DNA of 64,000 nucleotides. It comes from an archaeon. Lineage in GTDB: Archaea > Thermoproteota > Nitrososphaeria > Nitrososphaerales > Gagatemarchaeaceae. A program made the translations under genes and the position numbers. The stretch is from positions 1,307,206-1,371,205 of the forward strand of contig CP066694.1 in assembly GCA_016432545.1 (NCBI GenBank). Reading direction: 5' to 3'. Each line of letters starts with the position of its first letter. Positions within the stretch are counted from its first letter, which is position 1. Of this stretch, positions 1-6,677 are shown piece after piece. The notes beneath the pieces were generated by a model, which was given only the letters and a program-made list of their open reading frames with translations, was not told where the DNA came from and ran no database searches.

Positions 1-1076
1 ATCGTGAGGAACACCTTGCATATCGGGCAGTAGCAGGGAAGTAGATAGGTCGGTCTCATCTTTCGGTGAAGTTCTTCGAAAGTGTCATATGTCATATCCT
101 CCGTGTTGTAGTAGACCCCATTCTTGGGGGGCGCTTCTTCACTTCTGCGCCCGAAGAAGTAGGGGTCCGTAGAAATGGGGAGTGAGACAGCCGAAACCCC
201 ATAACACCATCCGATGTAACTTAGATGGTCCATGTTCATGATATGAATCGGATTCCTGGCGCCTGAAGACTTCATGGCCCTATACATCTCAGAGAAGAAG
301 TTGAAGACATTGTTGACCTGGCTTTCGTTAGAATCATCCATGTTTACAAGTCTGATACCTATTTGGTCAGGGGTCATCGAAACCGCCGTCGCGATTAGCT
401 TGTTGTAATCCTGAGGCTTGATGACAGATGCGCTAATCGTGAGGCAGTTCATTACGTCAATCTTGCCGTAAACGCCAGTGAACACGTTCCTGAGGATGGC
501 ATTAGAATCGCGAATTGCGTCACCGCACTTCTCTATCTGGTCCGCGAACTTGGTGGTCGAAGTTATTGGGACACCAGAGATTATCACAACCGAGGCATCC
601 TTGTCCAGTTGATACCTAATCATGTTCGCGTAGGTCTTGGAGTCGATGAGTGGGTATACGTCTCTCACGACCTTGCCCAATCGCTTGACAGGAGTATCCT
701 CAGTCTTTGCGACTTTCAGCGCTCTGATTATCTTCTCGTCCAGGATTCCAGTCTTGAAGTAGAGGTCCCTGTCCTTCTCGGCCCCTCGGAATGCGAAGTC
801 AAGCTCAGGGTGAACCAGAAATGCCTTGCTTAGAAGAGAGCGACCACTGAGACTTTCTTGCCGTAATTGCATTCCCTCTGTGACGTTCTCGTGGTCCTTT
901 GCGTAAATGAGGAACCCTTCAATCTGTTCCAGGCCCGTCTCACCTGGATGGGACGGAAATCTGTCGTTGACGGAACGCAGGATTCTACCGTCGGTCTTTG
1001 TTTCTGGCGTGAGGAATACGGCTGGCGCATGGAAAAGGCCCCTGCCCTTCTTCAGATGTATTGGTCTGAGATTCAA
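1..1076 (-). CDS. TGT (tRNA/DNA-guanine transglycosylase)-fold protein, 3' end cut by window edge
   Basis: Manual translation from TTG at 1076 gives 358 open codons (MNLRPIHLKK...). It contains PIHIMN...YGVSAVS, GVYYNTEDMT and LPCYCPIC (bases 18-35), which echo the TGT beta7/beta8 region and CxCxxC Zn site. Absent from the ORF track. Confidence 0.6.
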   Translation of the reverse strand, partial: MNLRPIHLKKGRGLFHAPAVFLTPETKTDGRILRSVNDRFPSHPGETGLEQIEGFLIYAKDHENVTEGMQLRQESLSGRSLLSKAFLVHPELDFAFRGAEKDRDLYFKTGILDEKIIRALKVAKTEDTPVKRLGKVVRDVYPLIDSKTYANMIRYQLDKDASVVIISGVPITSTTKFADQIEKCGDAIRDSNAILRNVFTGVYGKIDVMNCLTISASVIKPQDYNKLIATAVSMTPDQIGIRLVNMDDSNESQVNNVFNFFSEMYRAMKSSGARNPIHIMNMDHLSYIGWCYGVSAVSLPISTDPYFFGRRSEEAPPKNGVYYNTEDMTYDTFEELHRKMRPTYLLPCYCPICKVFLT

Positions 1077-1077
1077 C

Positions 1078-1575
1078 TCATTTCCTCTTCAACATCTCAT
1101 TGAGGCAGTCTTTGAGGTATTCGACGAAGTCTGGGAACTTGTCCGCAGGAATCATGATGCCGGTGTCAACGTCCTCGGTGTATCCCTTTCTCTTCTTCCT
1201 TTGCACATACACGAAGTCGCCAAGCCTGTTCCTCAGCTGATAAGTCATGAACTCGGTGTCAGCGTCAATCTCCAATTTCCTCTCCAACACCGCATGCAAC
1301 GCCCTGGTGTTTGGGAAGTAGACGGTGGTTCTATCGTAGTTGAATGTGTAGATTTCGCCCGTCTTGACCATGATGCTGAGATGCTTGTCGAGGATACGCG
1401 GGTCAATCTCAAGCGCATTCTTGATTTGTTTGGTTGTGATTCCGTTTGGGTAGTTGGCTTCGACAGTTCGCTTGATGAGGTTCTTCAGGTAGTGCTCCTT
1501 CTCGTAATCTGGAAGCTTGACGTATTCCTCCTTACTCAGACGGTCTTCTGGAACTTGAATCCCAACTGCTGTCAA
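1078..1575 (-). CDS. wHTH protein with C-terminal PUR/PC4-like domain
   Basis: GITTKQIKNALEIDPRILDKHLSIMVKTGEI is wHTH-like; GDFVYVQRKK...TGIMIPADKFPDFVEYL is PUR/PC4-like. The stop lies 1 nt before the TGT-like start. Confidence 0.65.
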   Translation of the reverse strand: MTAVGIQVPEDRLSKEEYVKLPDYEKEHYLKNLIKRTVEANYPNGITTKQIKNALEIDPRILDKHLSIMVKTGEIYTFNYDRTTVYFPNTRALHAVLERKLEIDADTEFMTYQLRNRLGDFVYVQRKKRKGYTEDVDTGIMIPADKFPDFVEYLKDCLNEMLKRK

Positions 1576-1613
1576 ATCTGACTCTTGCCTACGTGAAACG
1601 GTTAATATACCTT

Positions 1614-1735
1614 TGGACAGGAAGTATGGACACGATGCTGTCCATGCGTGGGGCTAATAAAGCAATACTCAGCCACTCAGGCGAAATCTGTGGACACGAA
1701 CATTGCGGGGCCTCGCCCTATCTGAAGGTTGGACA
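1614..1735. promoter_or_regulatory. TGGACA box cluster upstream of the wHTH/TGT-like operon
   Basis: TGGACA at 1614, 1627, 1691 and 1730; inverted pair TGGACA-N6-TGTCCA at 1627-1644; TATA-like sequence at about 1602-1610. Confidence 0.45.
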
Positions 1736-1780
1736 ACGACATGTTTGCCCTTTAACTGGAAGGAATCAAGATTGAGCGGG

Positions 1781-2242
1781 CTAAAGAACAACCGTTCGAG
1801 ACGAACCCTTTGAGACTTGCCTTTTGTACTCATCGAACTTTGGGTGCTCATTGGCCCATCGCCTTAAGAAGTCGCTACTGAGTGACGCGGTCAGGAAGAA
1901 CCCAGTAAGATAGTATCTAGGAACGGACTTCCTCTTTCTCCCAGTTCGTTTGGAGTAGAATTCCCAGGCCACATCCCTATACGTCTCCGACTGAACGCGG
2001 ATTTTCTCCCAGAGCTCCTCTTTGATTGTGAGGGCCACCTCTTGGTTGCTGGAGAGCCAGTCGAGAAATGACAGCGCTTCTTCCACTTCTGGCGTCGGAG
2101 TGAACGTTCCTTGGGGACTCGATGACAGGAATCCAATGGCCCTCTGGGTAGTGACGGGTATTGCCTGACTCTCGGCAAAGGCCCTTAGGACCTGAAGGTG
2201 ACCACCTCCAATCATCATACCAGCCGAGCCGACTTGGGGCAT
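1781..2242 (-). CDS. Hypothetical protein
   Basis: 153-aa ORF 3 nt downstream of the 83-aa ORF; no recognised motif. Confidence 0.55.
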   Translation of the reverse strand: MPQVGSAGMMIGGGHLQVLRAFAESQAIPVTTQRAIGFLSSSPQGTFTPTPEVEEALSFLDWLSSNQEVALTIKEELWEKIRVQSETYRDVAWEFYSKRTGRKRKSVPRYYLTGFFLTASLSSDFLRRWANEHPKFDEYKRQVSKGSSRTVVL

Positions 2243-2245
2243 TCC

Positions 2246-2497
2246 CTAGTTCGCCCCGATACCTATGTTCGTTGATGGAAGTGTCGGAGCCTTCGCTTTC
2301 CTCTCGACTCGACCAGAGGCAGCCAAGCTCCATGAGAATCGTCGCGCCCTTTCACGAATCTCCTGGAAAAGAGGATGAGTCCCAATGAGGACCCCCAGAA
2401 CCTGCATGTCATTCAACTCCAATTCGCCGTTCGCGCTCCTCACGAAGACCATCTCAAGAAACGCCCCCTCATATGTCACCTTGACTCGGGTTGCCAT
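2246..2497 (-). CDS. Hypothetical protein
   Basis: 83-aa ORF with upstream GGTGGGGG and a TATA-like element. Confidence 0.5.
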   Translation of the reverse strand: MATRVKVTYEGAFLEMVFVRSANGELELNDMQVLGVLIGTHPLFQEIRERARRFSWSLAASGRVERKAKAPTLPSTNIGIGAN

Positions 2498-2506
2498 ACC
2501 CCCACC

Positions 2507-2551
2507 TACCCCATTGGGGTATTATATGGATTGCGGTATAGTGGGGTATGA
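2507..2551 (-). promoter_or_regulatory. TACCCC/GGGGTA operator boxes, copy 1
   Basis: Palindrome TACCCCA-T-TGGGGTA. The reverse complement of 2531-2551 matches 3145-3165 at 18 of 21 positions. Confidence 0.55.
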
Positions 2552-2564
2552 GGGCGGTAGGCCC

Positions 2565-2903
2565 TTACTGGGTAACCAGGCTGGCTCGGCGATACAGCTT
2601 GGCACGACCAACTGGCCTGACGCTCACCATCCCCTGTTCGCGGAGCGTTTCCAAGTAAGCCGCCACAGTCTGCCTCCTTACTCCAGACAGTTTGCTCGCT
2701 TCTGCAATCGTAAGGCCCTCGGGATTGTCGCTTAGAACCGCAACCACCTTAGGCCATAGATTCTTGTCAGGGTAAGGCCTTCCCTTCGGCCTTGCTGGTG
2801 ATGGAATCTTCGGTTGCTGAAGTGGAATCTCTTGCCTAGGAAATTCGGGCCTAATCCGTCGCCCATACTTCGACTTCATCGCAGCCGACTCTTCCTTTTG
2901 CAT
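2565..2903 (-). CDS. Winged HTH transcriptional regulator
   Basis: GLTIAEASKLSGVRRQTVAAYLETLREQGMVSVRPVGRAKLY. Confidence 0.75.
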   Translation of the reverse strand: MQKEESAAMKSKYGRRIRPEFPRQEIPLQQPKIPSPARPKGRPYPDKNLWPKVVAVLSDNPEGLTIAEASKLSGVRRQTVAAYLETLREQGMVSVRPVGRAKLYRRASLVTQ

Positions 2904-2994
2904 CGTCTATACGACATAATGATGGCGCACATCATCGTACGGTAAGTCTTAAATAGTATTTATCGAACATTGTGGTGCGGAAAATGGTCGACTT

Positions 2995-3135
2995 TCAGCC
3001 TGCGTCCTTCAGCCTCTGCAAAGCGAACTCTATGGCATGCGTCCTGTTACTGAACCTCTTGGTCTTGATTTGTGCGTCTATCCAGGCGAGCAAGTCCCTG
3101 TCCAATGAAACGCTTGTCTTGAGCTTCTTGGCCAC
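2995..3135 (-). CDS. Ribbon-helix-helix (CopG-like) protein, 46 aa
   Basis: Manual translation MAKKLKTSVSLDRDLLAWIDAQIKTKRFSNRTHAIEFALQRLKDAG; below the ORF-track cutoff. Confidence 0.8.
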   Translation of the reverse strand: MAKKLKTSVSLDRDLLAWIDAQIKTKRFSNRTHAIEFALQRLKDAG

Positions 3136-3144
3136 GGCGGTCAG

Positions 3145-3207
3145 TCATACCCCATCGTACCGCAAAGTATTTAGGGGTTCATACCTTAGGGGGGTATATT
3201 GGGGTAT
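3145..3207 (+). promoter_or_regulatory. Divergent promoter region with TACCCC/GGGGTA boxes, copy 2
   Basis: TCATACCCCATCGTACCGCAA plus two GGGGTA boxes between the RHH and SWIM genes. Confidence 0.55.
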
Positions 3208-3215
3208 TCGGAGAA

Positions 3216-3464
3216 GTGAGAGACCTGCGCGCAATCAAGGGGATGACGATGGCAAGTTGGCCTGGGACTGTGACGCCGACACAATCAGGGTCTTACGAGG
3301 TCCGTTCGGAGAATCATCGAGGACTCTACGTGGTGGCCCGCAATTCCGAGGAGGAGTGGGAATGCTCCTGCGAAGACTACCAATACAGGAGGATGCCCTG
3401 TAAGCATTGCTGGGCCGTAATCTACGCACTGAGGTTGGCCAGCGAAAACTTGGGGAATACCTGA
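3216..3464 (+). CDS. SWIM zinc-finger protein
   Basis: WECSCEDYQYRRMPCKHCW fits CxC...CxH. Confidence 0.8.
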   Translation: MRDLRAIKGMTMASWPGTVTPTQSGSYEVRSENHRGLYVVARNSEEEWECSCEDYQYRRMPCKHCWAVIYALRLASENLGNT

Positions 3465-4813
3465 TGAATGGAGGCCAAGTCGACTCCCGTAAGGCTAGCG
3501 ACAAGAGCGTAGTGGCACTGGAGGCAGCGGTAGCTCCAGATTCCGCGGCACCTGAGTTGCCCCTGCGGAGACGGTTGAAGGAAGATGTAATCTCGAAGGG
3601 ATGGAAAATTTTCCAAGCTGGGGGTATCAAAGGGAATCCAAATGGTAGCTTCGAGGTTCCTTCGCTTACCAGTCAGGGTCAGTCGTACAAGGTAATCTTG
3701 TTCCGAAACGAATGGAGATGTTCATGCCCCAGCTTTCAGAAGACGGAAGTCGTGATGTGCAAGCACTGCTACGCGGTCAGGTTCTGGTTGACAGTGAACT
3801 TCTATGAGTCAATGAGTACCAACAAGCCAAAGGTCCTTGGGGAAAATGTGAATTCATGTTACATCTGCGGTTCTGTTAACACAATCAGGTACGGCAAGCC
3901 GCGTGGGAAACAGTGGTACTATTGCAAGGACTGCAACCGCAAGTTCACAGAGTACTCTCTTCTCAAGAAAGCTAGGTACAAGACTGAAATCAAACTAACG
4001 ACCTTGGAGCTGTACTTCGACGGGCTCTCCCTCCGAAAGATTTCTGCCTTCTGGGGGCGCTACGACCTCTCTATTCCCTTTCAAACTATTGCGAAGTGGA
4101 TAAGGAAGGTAATCGATATACTGAACCAGTACACCTCTACTCTAGTTCCGCAACTTGGAAGAAGGTGGAACGAGGACGAGATGAAGGTCAAGAAGAAAGG
4201 AGGTGAGGTCGAGGAGGATGGGAGTCAATATGGCTGGCTGTGGAATGTGCTTGACAAGAGCACCCGATTCCTTCTCGCATGCGAGATGAGCATGACCAGG
4301 AATGAAGTGGACGCGATGAAGGCCTTCCTGAAGGCTAAGGCTACCGCTAAGGTGAACCCTTCCGAGATAGTCACAGACAAGCTGGCCTCCTTACCCCGTG
4401 GGATTGAGCGAGCCTTCATCAACGATGCAGTAATGCCCAAACACACCGTCATCAAGTCTGGAGCTGGGACCCCGAATGCCAACGAGTGGGCAGAGAGATT
4501 CAATAACACGGTTCGGGAACGCACCAAGACTCAACGCGGCTGGAAGTCAGACGACGCCCTTATCCGTCTAGGGATGCTCCTTTGGTTCAATTTCCTTCGC
4601 CCTAATCAAGGACTCAAAGGGCTGACTCCCGCCGAAATGGCAGGTCTCTACCAGGCTTCGGGACCCAATCGCATTGCTGAACTACTGAGGAATGCGACGG
4701 CTCAGGCCTTGGATGCAACGATTAGAGGGATTCATCAGGCAAGCCGAAGTCTACCCACCACGAGCATCTCAAATGCTATGTCGGAAGCCTTCTCAACGAG
4801 AGGAACCAAGTGA
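3464..4813 (+). CDS. DDE transposase (IS6/IS1-like) with N-terminal SWIM and Zn ribbon
   Basis: SWIM CSC...CKH; ribbon CYIC...CKDC; HTH; catalytic WNEDE, IVTDK and AERFN. ATG at 3464 overlaps the upstream TGA. Confidence 0.85.
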   Translation: MNGGQVDSRKASDKSVVALEAAVAPDSAAPELPLRRRLKEDVISKGWKIFQAGGIKGNPNGSFEVPSLTSQGQSYKVILFRNEWRCSCPSFQKTEVVMCKHCYAVRFWLTVNFYESMSTNKPKVLGENVNSCYICGSVNTIRYGKPRGKQWYYCKDCNRKFTEYSLLKKARYKTEIKLTTLELYFDGLSLRKISAFWGRYDLSIPFQTIAKWIRKVIDILNQYTSTLVPQLGRRWNEDEMKVKKKGGEVEEDGSQYGWLWNVLDKSTRFLLACEMSMTRNEVDAMKAFLKAKATAKVNPSEIVTDKLASLPRGIERAFINDAVMPKHTVIKSGAGTPNANEWAERFNNTVRERTKTQRGWKSDDALIRLGMLLWFNFLRPNQGLKGLTPAEMAGLYQASGPNRIAELLRNATAQALDATIRGIHQASRSLPTTSISNAMSEAFSTRGTK

Positions 4814-5380
4814 GTCCGATAACCTCTCCCCTATACTCAATCTGTATTTCCTCCTCGATTTCATGATTGGGTCTACGAGATGTCGAACCTCTTTTGTGAC
4901 TTCACGCTCGACTCGGGCATCTCGGCCATGCGAGAGGGCTTCGATGCGTATCCTCTGCTTCATGAGGTTGTCCCATTCATGGTATTGGCTTCTTGAAAGA
5001 AACTCCTGAGGATAGTTGAGAATGTCCATGTGGACCATTGGGAACTGTTGCCTTAATGCCTTCATCCTTGCCATATTCTCGTTTGACACTTCGAGGTCGG
5101 GCGACAGCGTGCGGACGAAGGCTTGAGTAACATCGGTCGGAGTTCTGTTCGCCTTCCTGCGGTCCTGCCATCGGGAGAAACTTGCGATGGACGCCAAAGT
5201 CGTGAGGATAGAAGCGGCCAGGGAGATTGCCGAGAGCCAGTCGAGGGTGGGTATCAAGCCGAATCCCCCGAAGGGGACCGAGGTGACTACCGACCACAGG
5301 TACGACAGTAACGGGTCTATTATCCTCCAGAGTACGATGGTCGCGAGAAGTTCGACGAACCATTGGAGTTTCTTATCCAA
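4793..5380 (-). CDS. Hypothetical membrane protein
   Basis: Two N-terminal hydrophobic segments followed by a charged helical tail. Confidence 0.6.
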   Translation of the reverse strand: MDKKLQWFVELLATIVLWRIIDPLLSYLWSVVTSVPFGGFGLIPTLDWLSAISLAASILTTLASIASFSRWQDRRKANRTPTDVTQAFVRTLSPDLEVSNENMARMKALRQQFPMVHMDILNYPQEFLSRSQYHEWDNLMKQRIRIEALSHGRDARVEREVTKEVRHLVDPIMKSRRKYRLSIGERLSDSLGSSR

Positions 5381-5536
5381 TGCGTCTCATAGCCAGCGAA
5401 TAATCTGAATAAAGCTGTATCACGAAGAGAGTTATCAGAAACACCAACGAGTCCAGCTTAATATGACAGATTCTTCGTGGAACTGTTCAAGATAGCGGCT
5501 CACCGACTTCTCCGTCAAGCGTCGGCTCATGAGGGC

Positions 5537-5845
5537 TTAGGTGTCGAACTTCAGCCGTCTACCGCCTGACATTCGCGCTTCTTCATCCACCGAGAACTCG
5601 TTCTCCATTTCGCGGCGGTCAAAAGAGACGACCGAATTGCCGACGATGATGAGAGCACTCTGTTTGAAACTGAATCGTCTGATGGCGGCTTCAGGTTCTA
5701 CGACTGAAATCGACGACTCGCCCATAGCAACAAAGGCTCTGCCGTTCACCACATCCTTAAGCTCCAGTTCGCCCGAGGAAGTAATCTCATCCCAGCTTCC
5801 TTCAAGGCTGAGTTCTATGAACGAGAGGAATACGTCGTGTCCCAC
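5537..5845 (-). CDS. Hypothetical protein
   Basis: Open frame; start uncertain (GTG at 5845 chosen). Confidence 0.35.
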   Translation of the reverse strand: MGHDVFLSFIELSLEGSWDEITSSGELELKDVVNGRAFVAMGESSISVVEPEAAIRRFSFKQSALIIVGNSVVSFDRREMENEFSVDEEARMSGGRRLKFDT

Positions 5846-5912
5846 ATCATAAGGGCCTCCTCTCGATTCTCTTAACTTGTCGGCAGACGCCAAAGGCGTT
5901 AGCCGTCGGCAG

Positions 5913-6431
5913 TTAGGGGTCGAAACTAAGGAAGATGTTCCAGAGTCTTTGCACTTGTTCCCGCACACCTATTCTGGGGATGACCTCCGCGCCAAGGGAA
6001 GACATGAATCGACCGATTTCTTCAGAGCCTTTGGCCGACTCTGAAGGCAGATACGTGAGCTTGACGCTGACTCCCTCCCCTCGTAGTTTCTTAATCGGCT
6101 CAGTGATGCAGAGCTTGTTCAGTTCTCCCTTCCTGTTCCTCTGAATCCTGAAGGCCGTGATTAGCAATGAGCAACCCCCTTTCTCGGCGAACCTCATCTT
6201 TCTATCCATGCATCTGTTCACGGCCTCGAAGTCGCAGAACGGACAATCTCTTTGTTCTTGACAGGAACCGTGGAAGATACAAACTCCCTTCCCTTCGTGA
6301 GAGAATAGGTATCTGCCTGAAACAGGTCTCAGGCTCGCCTTCAGGCCGCTATGCGCATTCTTTCCGATAGTCGTTGATTTGCCCACCCTCGCAACCCCCG
6401 CGACAATCAGCACTTTCTTCGGACGTGGCAT
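5913..6431 (-). CDS. Small P-loop NTPase/kinase-like protein
   Basis: N-terminal VLIVAGVARVGKSTT Walker A motif. Confidence 0.65.
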   Translation of the reverse strand: MPRPKKVLIVAGVARVGKSTTIGKNAHSGLKASLRPVSGRYLFSHEGKGVCIFHGSCQEQRDCPFCDFEAVNRCMDRKMRFAEKGGCSLLITAFRIQRNRKGELNKLCITEPIKKLRGEGVSVKLTYLPSESAKGSEEIGRFMSSLGAEVIPRIGVREQVQRLWNIFLSFDP

Positions 6432-6677
6432 GAGTGAGTGATGGCGAGTCAAACGAGTTAAGGCTTCTTTCCTCATCGTAATTTCTCTTTGTCTACCATC
6501 TCGTCAATCTTCACGGGCGGAGGCATCCACCCAGACCTCGCACAACTGATTTGGACGGTGTGCTCGCCGATGTCTTTGGCCTTGAAACCGGTAGAACCGC
6601 AATTGGGACATTCGTGCAAATTGTGACCGTGAGAGACGGCAAAAGTCTATATTGGTTTTCTGCCGACCCATGCCTCC

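Noticed and set aside
907..1581. 224-aa plus-strand ORF
   Set aside because: Antisense shadow of the wHTH and TGT-like genes; no motifs.
2972..3403. 143-aa plus-strand ORF
   Set aside because: Overlaps the better-supported RHH gene (minus strand), its promoter and the SWIM ORF.
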